Positions 30,050 to 45,974 of a stretch of DNA of 64,000 nucleotides are shown here, piece after piece. Origin of the DNA: Eledone cirrhosa (taxonomy: Eukaryota); assembly GCA_964016885.1 (NCBI GenBank), contig OZ024758.1, forward strand, positions 17,360,001-17,424,000, written 5' to 3'. Made by a program: the position numbers and the translations under genes. The notes under the pieces were generated by a model, which worked only from the letters and a program-made list of their open reading frames with translations, was not told where the DNA came from and did not search any database. Within the stretch, counting starts at the first letter, position 1, and each line of letters opens with the position of its first letter.

Positions 30050-30452
30050 TAAATGATGTAATTCCGTCGGAAAGGTCCAAGAAAAAAGAGTGCTTTATGT
30101 AGGTTACAGAGCTTAATAGTTATGTAATAAACAACATAAGATAATTATTTCATTTACCAGTGGTTTCATGAAAGCAAACAAAATTTGCTTTCAGTCATCA
30201 GAATGAAAAATTCCGAGATTTTTTCATATATATCCGTAGGAAGGGTAAAGGAAAGGAGAGTGCTCTGTGTAAGGTACAGAGCTATTTAGTTATGTAATAA
30301 ACAACATAAGACAATTATTCCATTTACCAAAGGTTTCACGAAGACAGGTTTCAACACAAACGTCTGAAAGCGCTCTATACCGAGCTTGTCTGTCTTCGTG
30401 AAACCTTTGGTAAATGGAATAATTGTCTTATGTTGTTTATTACATAACTATA
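30050..30452. mobile_element. Two adjacent family H4 elements; the second is a fold-back (30287-30347 vs 30390-30450)
   Basis: Shared tagttatgtaataaacaacataag...catttacca..ggtttc; TA-rich boundaries. Confidence 0.78.
30148..30208 (-). ncRNA. Type I hammerhead ribozyme, family H4
   Basis: uuucauu CUGAUGA cugaaagcaaa-loop-uuugcuuucau GAAA ccacugg UA aaugaaa. Confidence 0.82.
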
Positions 30453-30646
30453 TATATATTTTTATATATATATATATATATTTATTAAAATAATAGATTA
30501 AAGTTTAAGCAAAGAATTGATGCTTTCACCCTTAACGGGATCTTCTGAAACTATATACATATAAATATATATATATATAGAGTGATTACCTGTTCAGGCA
30601 ATATTTATTAGAATACTGTTGAAGTATGTATACATTATTATAGGAC

Positions 30647-30649
<3 letters not shown>

Positions 30650-30700
<51 letters not shown>

Positions 30701-31091
30701 CACATATATATAAAAATATACATATATATTTACAAATATATATACTTATATATAATGTGTGTGTATATATATATATATTTACACATATAGACATATATAT
30801 TTACAAACATATATACTTATATATAATGTGTGTGTGTATATATATATACATATATTTTTAATATATATATATGTACATATATATTTAATATATATATATA
30901 TACATATATATTTAATATATATATTTACATATATATTTAATATATATATATATATGTACATATATATTTAATATATATATTTACATATATATTTAATATA
31001 TATATTTACATATAGATATTTTATATATATATATATATATTTAATATATACATATATATATATACATATATATGTATACATATATATATTT

Positions 31092-31122
<31 letters not shown>

Positions 31123-31134
31123 GTATACATATAG

Positions 31135-31184
<50 letters not shown>

Positions 31185-31243
31185 TATATATTTGCATATA
31201 TATATATACATATATATATACATACATACATATATATACATAC

Positions 31244-31274
<31 letters not shown>

Positions 31275-31791
31275 CATACATATATATTAAGCAAAGACAC
31301 AAAATAGTTATAGCAATAGTTGTACTAAAAAAAAAAACACTGAACGACGGAAACGCTCATAAAAAGAGGGAAAAAAAGAAATTTTCAAAGAATTTTACTT
31401 ATTTAACAAATAGAAATGAAGAGAAAATTTGTAAATTTTTACAAACACAATTAAAATATAGTGTTCGCTACAAAATACATTCCACATCAAAGCTTATATC
31501 TGATAATATTAATCAGCTTGACAGATTATTAAATACCTACTGCTTCAAGCATGTAACAAAAGCTAAAACATTAATTTATCAAAGACATAACCTTGGTCAT
31601 AGCTATTAAAACGCAAATGTAATTGTAGACACAGCAAGCATGAGGGGGTTCTCTTTGATGTGTTTATTTGAAGCCCTAACTGTAAAGTAGCATAGAGTGG
31701 CATATCTTTCTGCTTCTATATGCACACATTGAGGTGTAGAGTGTTGGGATTACTGGAGGATATGTTTGTAAGAGTGTTTGTGTCTGTGTGA

Positions 31792-31833
<42 letters not shown>

Positions 31834-31947
31834 TATTTGTGTATATGCATGCAAATATACCTACATGCATGCATATATTCATATATATATATATATATAT
31901 GTATCATACATACACATTCTGTTCACAAATAATTGCACATATATATG

Positions 31948-31999
<52 letters not shown>

Positions 32000-32021
32000 C
32001 ATGTTTATATCTAGATATGTA

Positions 32022-32100
<79 letters not shown>

Positions 32101-32232
32101 ACATATCTAGATATAAACATGCATATATATATATATATGAACATATATATGTGTAATTATTTGTGAACAGAATGTGTATGTATTATACATATATATATAT
32201 ATATATATGCATGTTTATATCTAGATATGTAG

Positions 32233-32276
<44 letters not shown>

Positions 32277-32646
32277 ACATATCTAGATATAAACATGCAT
32301 GCACATACACACACGCATATATATATACACATACATGCAAATATATATATATATATGCCTATTTAAAATACATATATATATATAGACATACACACATATA
32401 TAGTACACATGCATATATATATATATATACATACACACATATATATTATATACACACAGATTCATATATATATACATAAACACTCATCTTTATGTGTTTA
32501 TATATTAGTACAGGAAAATGTAACATTTTGTAACATTAGAAATGTTAGTTTAGTTGCAATAATTTCTAATCATCGTTTTATATATACATGTATGTATATT
32601 TATATACACAAACACAAACATATGTGTGTTTGTGTGTATGTGTTTG

Positions 32647-32688
<42 letters not shown>

Positions 32689-32727
32689 CATCATCATTAT
32701 GTAAAGTCCATTTACCACATTTGCCTG

Positions 32728-32770
<43 letters not shown>

Positions 32771-32925
32771 TATATATACATATATATATACACATATATA
32801 TATACATATATACATATACATATATATATATACACATATATATATACATATATACATATACATATATATATACACATATATATATACATATATACATATA
32901 CATATATATATATATATATACATAG

Positions 32926-32956
<31 letters not shown>

Positions 32957-33039
32957 GATATATATATATATATTTAATCAGACACATATACATATATATA
33001 TGTATATACACATATATATATATATGCTCACACACACAC

Positions 33040-33078
<39 letters not shown>

Positions 33079-33233
33079 CTCACACATACACTCTCACATA
33101 TATATATATATATATGCTCACATACACACACACATAAATATATATATATATATACATATGTATGTATATATGTATATATGTACGTATGTATATATATTTA
33201 TATGTATTTATGATATATATTTATATATAAACA

Positions 33234-33307
<74 letters not shown>

Positions 33308-33311
33308 TAAT

Positions 33312-33395
<84 letters not shown>

Positions 33396-35410
33396 GTAGT
33401 TTGAAGGAAATATAAAGGCAAAAAAAATCAAATGACACATTACATGATACACTCAAAAATATTCACATATATCATACTTCTGAGACATCTTAATCACTGC
33501 AAATATTTATATATCCTGTGTCAGTGTTACCTATGTTTATGTGTATATATCTATGTGTATATATCTATGTGTATATGTCTATGTATATATGTGTGTCTAT
33601 GTGTATATGTGTGTCTATGTGTATATGTCTATGTATATATGTCTATATATGTGTGTATATGTCTCTATGTGTGTATATGTGTGTGTGTGTATGTGTCTAT
33701 ATATGTCTATGTATGTATATGTCTATTTGTCTATATATCTATGTGTGTATATGTCTATGTGTATATATGTCTATGTGTATATGTCTATGTATATATGTCT
33801 ATATATGTGTGAATATGTCTCTATGTGTGTATATGTGTATGTATGTAAATGTCTATATATCTATGTGTATATATGTATATGTGTATATATATCTATGTGT
33901 ATATGTCTATGTGTATATGTCTATGTGTATATGTCTATGTGTATATGTGTGTATATGTCTATGTGTATATATGTCTATGTGTATATATGTCTATGTGTAT
34001 ATATGTCTATGTGTATATATGTCTATGTGTATATATGTCTATGTGTATATATGTCTATGTGTATATATGTCTATGTGTATATATGTCTATGTGTATATGT
34101 CTATGTATGTATATGTCTATGTGTGTATATGTCTATGTATGTATATGTCTATGTGTCTATATGTCTATGTATGTATATGTCTATATATATATATGTCTAT
34201 GTATATATATGTCTATGTGTATATGTCTATGTGTCTATATGTCTATGTATGTATATGTCTATGTGTATGTATATCTATATGTTTATGTGTCTATGTGTAT
34301 ATGTCTATGTGTATGTATTTGGTTATGTATGTAGGTCTCTATGTTTGTATATGTCTATATGTATGTCTCTATGTGTGTATATGTCTCTATGTATGTATAT
34401 GTCTATATGTATGTATGTCTCTATGTATGTATATATCTATTTGTATGTATGTCTCTATGTATGTATATGTCTCTATGTGTATGTCTCTATGTATGTATAT
34501 GTCTATATGTATGTATATGTCTATATGTCTGTGTATGTCTCTATGTGTATGTCTCTATATGTGTATATGTCTATATGTATATGTCTGTATGTATGTCTCT
34601 ATGTATATATGTGTCTCTATGTATATATATGTCTCTACGTGTGTATGTATATATGTGTATGTCTCTATGTGTATGTATATATGTGTATGTCTCTATGTGT
34701 ATGTCTATATGTTTGTATATGTATATATGTATGTATATGTCTATATGTATGTAGGTCTCTATGTATGTATATGTCTATATGTATGTGTATGTCTATATGT
34801 ATGTGTATGTCTATATGTATGTGTATGTCTATATGTATGTGTATGTCTATACGTATGTGTATGTCTATACATATGTATATGTATATATGTATGTATATGT
34901 ATGTGTATGTCTATATGTATATGTATGTATATGTATGTGTATGTCTATATGTATGTGTATGTCTATATGTATGTGTATGTCTATATGTATGTGTATGTCT
35001 ATACGTATGTATATGTATATATGTATGTATATGTATATGTATGTCTATATGTATGTGTATGTCTATACGTATGTATATGTATATATGTATGTATATGTAT
35101 ATGTATGTCTATATGTATGTGTATGTCTATATGTATGTGTATGTCTATACGTATGTATATGTATATATGTATGTATATGTATGTGTATGTCTATATGTAT
35201 GTGTATGTCTATATGTATGTGTATGTCTATACGTATGTATATGTATATATGTATGTATATGTATATGTATGTCTATATGTATGTGCTGTTTATGTGGTGT
35301 GTATTCAGAATCATTAAACCATAGAAAGGCACAAAGAGAAACAGATCTCATTAGTTAGGTACATTGATAGATGGACATACACATACATATATACATATAG
35401 ATATATATAC

Positions 35411-35493
<83 letters not shown>

Positions 35494-35652
35494 CACATAT
35501 ATATATATATATATACATATATACATATACATATATACATATATACATATACATATATACACATATATATATATACATATATATATATATACATATATAC
35601 ATATACATATATACATATATATATATATACATATATACATATACATATATAC

Positions 35653-35689
<37 letters not shown>

Positions 35690-36074
35690 CATACATATAT
35701 ATATATACATATATACATATATATATACTTATATATATACATATATATATACTTATATATATACATATATACATATATATATTTATACATAAACATACAT
35801 ATATATATATATACATACATAAACATACATATATATATATATATACATACATAAATATACATATATATATATATATACATACATAAACATACATATATAT
35901 ATATATACATACATATATATATATACATACATATATATATATACATAAACATACATATATAAACATACATATATATATATACGTACATATATATATATAC
36001 ATACATATATATATATATACATACATACATAAACATACATATATGTATAAACATACATATATATATATATACAA

Positions 36075-36143
<69 letters not shown>

Positions 36144-36700
36144 AACATACATATATATATATATATATAAACATACATATATATATATATATATAAACAT
36201 ACATATATATATATATATATGTATGTTTATATATATATATGTTTATATATATGTATGTTTATATATATGTATGTTTATATATGTATGTTTATACATATAT
36301 ATGTATGTATGTATATATATATCTATGTATATATGTATATATATATATATGTATTTATATATATGTATATATATATAAACATACATATATATATATACGT
36401 ACATATATATATACATATATATATATACATACATATATGTATATATATATATATATACATACATATATATGTATATATATATAAACATACATATATATAT
36501 ATACGTACATATATGTATGTGTATATATATATATACATACATATATGTATATATATATATATATACATACATATATGTATATATATATATACACATACAT
36601 ACATATATACACATACATACATATATACATACATACATACATATATATACATACATACATATATATACATATATACATTTATATATACATATATACATTT

Positions 36701-36733
<33 letters not shown>

Positions 36734-37214
36734 CATACATATATATATACAAACATACATATATTTATATATACATACATACATATATATATATATACAT
36801 GCATATATGTATATATGTATGTATGTGTTTATATATATATATATGTATGTTTATATATATATATATGTATGTTTATATATATATGTATGTGTATATATAT
36901 GAATATATATATATATATATGTGTGTGTGTATATATATTCATACATATGCAGATATAGTGATAGATATACTAACATGTATATATGTATATTTCCACATGC
37001 ACACAAACACATTCATATATATATATATATGCACATATAAACATGTATATATATATATGTATGTGTATATATATGAATATATATATATATATGTGTGTGT
37101 GTATATATATTCATACATATGCAGATATAGTGATAGATATACTAACATGTATATATGTATATTTCCACATGCACACAAACACATTCATATATATATATAT
37201 ATGCACATATAAAC

Positions 37215-37265
<51 letters not shown>

Positions 37266-37479
37266 CATAAATATATACATATATATATATACATACATAA
37301 ATATATACATATATATATATACATACATAAATATATACATATATATATATACACAAACATATACATATATATACACAAACATATACATATATATATATAC
37401 ACAAACATACATTCATATATATATATATATACAAACATACATTCATATATACATACAAACATACATTCATATATATACA

Positions 37480-37510
<31 letters not shown>

Positions 37511-37518
37511 GTATATAA

Positions 37519-37557
<39 letters not shown>
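30650..37557. repeat. ~7-kb field of (TA)n, (TACA)n and (TATGTC)-type satellites with small unique islands
   Basis: Direct reading; 33530-35285 is built from tatgtc-anchored 14-18-bp units; ~172-bp duplication at ~36890-37060 / 37060-37220. Confidence 0.92.
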
Positions 37558-37559
<2 letters not shown>

Positions 37560-38147
37560 TGTACTGACCATATGAAATCAGGTACTAAGTATTAGGTAAC
37601 CATTTTTATATTTTTTAATGTTTGAATCATCAAATGAAAGACATGAATAGAGTTTTATTTAGTTCTACTTACTTTTCTAATTTTGTTTTATATTCTAGAA
37701 TGATCCAAAATTCTTTGACGTCAATGAAATAATTTCACATTAGTAGATAGCCAATTCCATTACCAATGAGTTATATTCTTTGCTTCACAACACCATATAT
37801 CTGATCATGTTGAAGTTCAATATTAAGTCAATACATGTATTGGATATTTTTTTCATGACCAGTTAAGCATCAGATAGAGCCATTACATCATTGGATTACA
37901 TCATGAGTTCAAATCCCACCATGGTCAATTTTGCTTTGTGTTTTATAAGGCCTGATATATATATTGAACTAGTTTAAGGCAGTGGTAGATTGACAGGATT
38001 TGTAATGGCTTACATAGTAAATATGCTTTGTGAATTCAAATCCTGCCTGCAGTATATGCTTTGTGTTCTATAGGGTTGACATATATTGAACTAGTTTAAG
38101 GCAATAGTAGATTGGTAGACCTTTTAATGCTTTAGATCAGGGCTCAG

Positions 38148-38203
38148 CATCCCCCAGCCAGCGGGCCACATCCAGCACGTGAAGGATTTTTGTCCGGCCC
38201 ACT
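38148..38203 (+). mobile_element. Probable hAT-type MITE terminus
   Basis: cagggctcagca...cagccagcgggccacatccagcac...tgtccggccc resembles CAGGG...GGCCCGCGGGCCACATCCGGCCC hAT ends; partner end not found. Confidence 0.45.
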
Positions 38204-39456
38204 AATAAGTTTCAATCTTAGTCTCAGTGTTCCCTGAACAAGTGCTCTGAATTATTTTGGATTAGAATACTGACTAGAGAACACGTCTAGCCACAAGACT
38301 CCCTTAGCTAAACGTAATTTGTTGTGTGACAGCAACAATCAAACTTCTCAGGCAGAATCAGCGGAACACATGTTACAAATTCCAGGTACAATCCATCTGA
38401 CACACTTACAAAGGGTACTGTTACTCCATTCTACTCACAAGGCATGGATCAACATGAAACTACGATTAAGACATTTGCATAAGAAGGTACCAAATAGTAG
38501 GATTAAACTCTGAACCTCTTGACGATGAAACACACATCTTAATTGTAAATCCATATCTGTGTTCTCTAAGATATATTGAACTAATACCTGAATACAATTT
38601 TAATCTCCATAGGTATTTTATTCTTCTAGTCTATTTAGATATTTTCATAAGATACGAAGCAGTAGGATTAAACTCTGAACCACTTTATGATGAAACACAC
38701 TTCTTAATCGTAAAGCCACATATGTGTTCAGTAAGATATATTGAACTATCTAATACCTGTATTAAATTTTACTTTCCATAAGGTATTGAGTTCTTCTAGT
38801 CTATGTATTATGTGTGCATGATATGAAACCCTTATTTATATATTTATGAATATATGACTGAACTAGACAACAAAACCAGATCAATATGAAGTAAATATAA
38901 GATCAAAAACATATGCAGTAAATGTATTGATTAGTACCAGCAACAAACAACTGCATTATACATTACTGAACAAACAATATATGAGTGATGAGGCAGTGAG
39001 AGTGCCACTATATAGTCATTCAATCTGCTAGAAATAGTAGCCAAATCCTTTTCACTTCATATTTTATCTTCTTAAAAAATGAAAAGCTATGTTGGATAAT
39101 TTTGTTAATGTATTCCAAGTAACATATTTAGCATATATTATGGGTTTTTCGTATTCATTGCAATATAGATAGATGTATTGGCATATTTCTTCAACACTAT
39201 TCTCATACAATCCATTCATTGCTAGTAGCTTGCAGAACCTACCCTCTATAGGGTCTTGGCGTTCAGATAATATTGTGATAAAAAGGTTCTTTTAGCTGCA
39301 ATGGCTGCAAAACCTACATTAGATAATGTACTCCTACATATATTGTGTCTCAAAAATCGCTACTTAATGCCTTTGGTCCTATGTCTGCTTGGTCAAACTA
39401 TTCTGGTATTAAATTAATATGTACTTAGACCTATATATATATATATACACATACAC

Positions 39457-39719
39457 AGTGTATCAGGGGGATAAGTTGTAGTGTGTGGGACAAAAGACTG
39501 CGATGGTATGGACATGTGATGCGCATGGAGGATGACGACTGTGTAAAGAAGTGTCAAGAAATTCCAGTAGAGGAAGATGCAGTAGAGGAAGACCATGAAA
39601 AAAATGGGCAGAGGTGGTGAGAGCGGACCTCACATCGTTGAAGCTCACAGAAGAGATGATGAATGACCATGACAAGTGGAGAGATGCTGTGCTGAATAGG
39701 ACCCATCCCACCCTTCAAG
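39457..39719 (+). mobile_element. RTE-clade LINE 3' fragment, degenerate
   Basis: KRLRWYGHVMRMEDDDCVKKCQEIPVE / GRCSRGRP*KKWAEVVRADL; homologous to 8645-8862. Confidence 0.87.
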
Positions 39720-39761
39720 ATCCTGAATTATTTATATATATATACGATATATCGTATATAT

Positions 39762-39995
39762 ATGCCAATAGTTCTTTGAGAAAATAACACCATACTTCGG
39801 GACTGGGTATATCAATAGATCGAAAGAACAGAGGCAAACTTTGTTCCATCATTAAGTTTTTCTGTTTTTTCTTTTCAAGTTCTAGCTGTCTGATGAGGTC
39901 ATAGCTGTTGAATAATGGTTATCACTGAAATATATATAACAGCGAATATGAATAAATGAAGTTAATTTTAACCTGTTGACTTACACTTCTTGTTT
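39762..39995 (+). mobile_element. Hammerhead-bearing repeat, family H2
   Basis: Homologous to 14152-14375; TA-rich flanks. Confidence 0.72.
39885..39943 (+). ncRNA. Type I hammerhead ribozyme, family H2
   Basis: gcugu CUGAUGA ggucauagcuguu-gaau-aaugguuaucacu GAAA uauaua UA acagc; palindromic stem III; AATAAA 7 nt downstream. Confidence 0.83.
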
Positions 39996-40008
39996 CTCTC
40001 TCTATATA

Positions 40009-40058
<50 letters not shown>

Positions 40059-40684
40059 ATGTATGTATGTGCCTCTATGTGTGTGTGTTCGGTTGGATAT
40101 GTGTGTGTATGTCCGGTTGGATGTGTGTGTGTGTCCGGTTGGATATGTGTGTGTGCGGTTGGATATGTGTGTGTGTATTACAGGGTCTCAATATGTGCCT
40201 TTGTGTGTCAATTTGATTTATGTCTTGTAACTTAGCAATTCAACAAAAAAGATCACTGTTGTCGATATAATCAACAAAATTCCTCTAAGACAGTGATTCA
40301 ATATGGCTGCAGTCAAATGACTGAAACCAGTAAAGACAAACAAATAAAAAATTTCACACTAACCGCATTTCAGTTCCATTTCTATCAGGAAATTTAGACT
40401 TTAACAGCCTAAATGCCCTATTAATTTGTCACCGGCATTGTCCTATATATTTTTCACATTCCATTATTTTTATATCTTTCACATTTGATCAGTATTTCAA
40501 TTATTCAGTTAATAAAAGGCTTGTGTTCAATAATAATGGATCAATTTAATTCAAAGGAATGACAATATTGAAAATTATAAATCAAAGACGGACATTACAC
40601 TTTTGACATTATATCGAACATTTTAGAATGATCGTGTTTAGCTTATTTTTGCTGGCGTAGTTTTTACTCTCTTTTACAAAGTTA

Positions 40685-41330
40685 TAATATATGTATATAT
40701 ATATATATAGGCATATATATATACACATATAGACATATATATATATATACACATATATATATATATACACATATAGACATATATATACACATCATCATAG
40801 GCATATATATATACACATATACATATATATATATATACATATACATATATACACATATACATATATATACACATATACATATATATACACATATACATAC
40901 ACATATACATATATATACACATATACATATATAGGCATATATATATAACATATAACACATATATATAACAAACAACACACATATATATATATATAACATA
41001 CATATACAACACTCATATATGTATATATTACATATATATATATAATATCTATATATATATATATATATAAATAAATACATATAAAGTGTTTAATATATGC
41101 TAATAAGGAAACATTCAAATCCTCTTGTTTTCCGTATTTACTTCCCTTTCCTTCTACCACCCATTCTAATCTCTCTTTCGTTGTCATCCATCTTTGTCAT
41201 CTCAATATTTCAAACACTTTTGTATTGTAGTGTTTTCAGGAAAATATCCCGTTTTTCATATTCTACATTGCTTTGAGCAAAATATAACACTGCTTTATAA
41301 CCATACACACATCTCTCTTTCACACTCTCG

Positions 41331-41413
<83 letters not shown>

Positions 41414-41923
41414 TATGCACTCACACATATATATACAAATGTATATATATATGAACATATATATACATAAACATAAATATATATATATATATAATTATAT
41501 ATATAAATATAAACATATATATACATAAACATAAATATATATATATATATATAATTATATATATAAACATATAAATATAAACATTTATATAAACATACAT
41601 ATATATAAACATATATAAATATATATATATATAGATACATATATATAAATATAAAGATATAGATATATATATATAAATCTATATATATATAAACATATAT
41701 ATATATAAACATATATATATATATATTATATATATATATATAAAAGAATTGAATGAGAAATTAAATCCTTTAACATAGCTAAAATTCAAAATAATTGGGA
41801 AATTAAAATACGTAATTAGAAAATCTGATGAGAAATTACCATTCCATGAGAACATTTACAGAACTAGGAACATATTAATACAAACAATTGAAAGTATACC
41901 GCCTTCATATACACTATATATAC

Positions 41924-41955
<32 letters not shown>

Positions 41956-42108
41956 AGAGAGGGAGAGAGAGAGGGAGAGAGAGAGACGGAGAGAGGGAGA
42001 GATGGGGGGAGAGGATGATAGATAGACACCCATACATATATTCAAAGTATACCACATTCACTCATATATATATATATATATACATTATATATATATATAC
42101 GTACAAAC

Positions 42109-42175
<67 letters not shown>

Positions 42176-42270
42176 TACACACACATCCATATATATATAT
42201 ATATATATATACATGTATACACACACACAAACATCCATATATATATACATATACATATATATATTTATAC

Positions 42271-42309
<39 letters not shown>

Positions 42310-42426
42310 AATACACATATATATATATACATATATACATACATATATATATACACATATATATACACACACATATATATACATATATACACATATATAT
42401 ATACATATATACACATATATATACAC

Positions 42427-42459
<33 letters not shown>

Positions 42460-42881
42460 CATTTATATACATACATGTATACACATATATATATACATAT
42501 AAATACATACATACACACATATATACATACATATATATATACACATACATACACATATATATACATATACATACACATATATATACATATATATATACAT
42601 ATATATATACATACACACACACATATATATATATATATATGCATACATACACATACATATATACATATATACACATATATATACATACATATATACATAC
42701 ATATATAAACATATATACATACATATATATTCATATATACACATATATACATACATATATATTCATATATACACATATATACATACATATATACACATAT
42801 ATACATACATATTTATACATATATACATACATACATATATACATATACATATATATATACATAGATATATATATACATACA

Positions 42882-42921
<40 letters not shown>

Positions 42922-43272
42922 CATACATGTATATATACATACATGTATATATACATACATGTATATATACATACATATATATATACATACATATATATAT
43001 ACATACATGTATATATACATACATATATATATACATACATATATATATACATACATATATATATACATACATATATATATACATACATATATATATACAT
43101 ACATATATACATACATATATATATACATACATATATATATACATATATACACATATATATAAATACATATATATATATATACATATATACACACACATAT
43201 ATATACATACACACACACATATATATATATATATACATACCCATATATATATACACACATACATATATATAT

Positions 43273-43317
<45 letters not shown>

Positions 43318-43340
43318 TATATATATATACACACACACAA
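40685..43340. repeat. (TA)n/(TACA)n/(TG)n/(GA)n microsatellite field
   Basis: Direct reading. Confidence 0.9.
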
Positions 43341-44556
43341 CCATCTTTTCTCCAATCACTGTAAGCATGGTTCTGATTAATTAATACAGTCGTCCATTAA
43401 TATATTCTGCCTGGATGAGCATCATCTTACACTACTGAAAGCTACAATTTTAATTCTTCTAAATTAACTAGCAGCAAGATTACATTATATCATATTGGTT
43501 CGTTTTTGGTTCATTTTTGTTTTGAAATTACTCACAATAAAATATCACATCAATTTTAGGTTTAAAAGCGAATTCTAAATACATCTGGTTCTGCTTCATT
43601 TGTATTGACACTGAAGTTCTTTTGAATGAAAAGATTTTGCAATAACACAACACTACATGATGCAATTCAATCAATAATAACTACTCCATTTTACACTTTA
43701 CAATTGTAAAGCTTTACAGGATATGAAAACTGACCTCATGACCTCGCAAAGAAAATGTATTGAAGGAAAAATCAAAAGACAGAAAATGAATTTATATGTT
43801 ATAAGAATGAGAAACTGGTGTAGTATTAGTCGTAGTAGTTTGGTAAAAGAAAGAAATAAAATAATGCTATAAATTGCTATAATATGAACATATTTTTAGC
43901 TGAGTCACAATCTAATTGAGATTAAATGAAAATCAGATAAAATTTAATACTGAAACATCTTATAAGAAAGTGACAGTGAGCGAGAAAGTGTGTGAAAGTC
44001 GCAATACTATTCAAAGACTTTTTTTTTTTACGACTTATTTATTTATTTATTTATGTATTTATTATCTATTACCTTAATGCTTCATTTAAAATATATCTAA
44101 TTAAAAGCCATGCAACAACCTCTATTGACATTTTAAGTTGTAAATATTAGATTTGACAATTGTTCATGATATAAATGAAAAACAGAAATGAAAAAAGTGT
44201 GTATAAGGGTGAGGGTTGGGGAGCTCAGTGGAAATTGAAAATGCCTCATAGTTTTTTTTTCTATTTAACTTTAGATGACTTGGCTTTTGAAATAAATGAA
44301 ATAATCTTAACAAGACCAGTAACATTTCTTGTTGTGTAGAGATCTATCTATTTGTAAACAACAAGTATTTAAACTGGCTGTATCCGGACAGAATTCTCTC
44401 ACTTTTTTCTATTAAAACCAGCCATAACCGGTTGCTCATATTGACATTGATCTAAAAAAAAATATAGATAAAAAAATTTAAAAAAAATGATAAAAAAATA
44501 AAAATCTCGTAGATTTGATATTATATGCGATAATTATGTAAAATAAAGCCTTTACA

Positions 44557-44976
44557 TTAACCCTTTAGCATTTAAACCATCTGGCCAGAATTCTCTCACC
44601 TCTTTCTGTTCAAACCAACCGTAACTGGCTACTTATATTGATGTTATGGTATTGTTATCAAAATAAATAATATCAAAATCTCATAGATTCGATATTATTT
44701 GAGAGGTGGATTGCCAGTATCGGTAGAGTGTCGGACACTATGCTTTGCAGCATAGAGTTACGCCCCTTTATGATCTGAGTTCAAATCTTGCTGAGGTCAA
44801 CTTTGCCTCTCATCCTTACGCGGTCGATGAAATAAAGTACCAGTAATGCACTAGGATAATTGCTGGCCTTGTGCCAAAAAGTAGAAACAATTATTTTAGA
44901 TAATTATGTGAGGTAAAGGCTTTAACACAAAAAATACGATAGTAGATATAGAGTAATGTAAATGCTAAAGGGTTAA
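44557..44976 (+). mobile_element. piggyBac-type MITE family 1 with SINE-A (44705-44894) nested; a partial older MITE precedes it (44368-44556)
   Basis: TTAA-CCCTTTAGCATTTA ... TAAATGCTAAAGGG-TTAA, perfect TIRs. Confidence 0.88.
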
Positions 44977-45273
44977 GGCTATTTTACTTGCTTAACCATT
45001 GTTAGACTTCAGGGCTTCAAACCAGTCATCAGCTTCTTCCTTTTCAAGGCTATGCTTTATGGCTGTATGCTTTTTTTAGTACCAACCATTTTAGTAATTT
45101 CTTATGATATGCAGACTGCAGAGATACAGTATACTTACTCTAAACCAGAATATTGTACATTGTGAAGATAGACAATTTATAAAACTGATTAAATTATAGG
45201 GAGTGTTAGAATGTTAGCTAGAATACTTTGCAGTATTTATTCTGTTTCTCAGCTCTTTCAATTCAAATCCAGC

Positions 45274-45815
45274 CAGTAACATGCAGAGGTGGGTGCTGAC
45301 AGTGTGTTGGCCCAGGGCATCCTTTGGCTGAGTCATCATTTGGGAAAAGAACTTAATAAATTTGATTGATTTTTATTAACATCAAATAAAGCGTTTATTT
45401 CATGTTTCATCTCTGTTTATATATTCAAACTATTTTCCTTTCTCATAATATTTCTCAGTATATTAGTCTTTGGGGCATTAGGCCTTATACTTAAGTCTTT
45501 GGGGCATTAGGCCTTATACTTGAATCTTTGGGGCATTAGGCCTTATACTTAAGTCTTTGGGGCAGTAGGCCTTATACTTAAGACTTTGGGGCATTAGGCC
45601 TTATACTTGAGTCTTTGGGGCATTAGGCCTTATACTTGAGTCTTTGGGGCATTATGCCTTATACTTGAGTCTTTGGGGCATTAGGCCTTATACTTGAGTC
45701 TTTGGGGCATTAGGCCTTATACTTGAGTCTTTGGGGCATTAGGCCTTATACTTGAGTCTTTGGGGCATTAAATCAGGATTTGCCCTGGGCATCACCAGAG
45801 CTCTGCACGCCACTG
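45274..45815. mobile_element. Probable hAT-like MITE carrying an internal minisatellite
   Basis: Left end cagtaacatgcagag..gcccagggca vs right end (reverse complement) cagtggcgtgcagag..gcccagggca; only a partial TSD (aatc). Confidence 0.55.
45465..45769. repeat. Minisatellite, 29-bp unit agtctttggggcattaggccttatacttg, ~10.5 copies
   Basis: Near-perfect direct repeats with no spacers. Confidence 0.95.
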
Positions 45816-45974
45816 AATCGGTAATGACGATAATGGTGATGATGATGATGGGGAGGATATATGTATGTACAAACATCAAAACCCTTGATATTCCATTGTA
45901 TCAAGACCTGAAGGAGATGCTATATAAACAATATAAATGCTTTACCTATGTCTCTCCCCTTTAGATGATTCCAG

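Noticed and set aside
33518-35358. ~600-aa Y/V/C/M-rich ORFs, and all similar YI/IH ORFs
   Set aside because: Stop-free frames are produced by alternating purine-pyrimidine microsatellites; open in several frames and on both strands.
41825-41860. CTGATGA occurrences at 41825, 28428, 25628 (minus), 45027 (minus) and CTGAAGA at 24012 (minus)
   Set aside because: No stem II followed by GAAA-stem III-UH with a matching stem I; chance matches or SINE-tail sequence.
45465-45769. CRISPR-like 29-bp repeats
   Set aside because: Contiguous tandem units without spacers.
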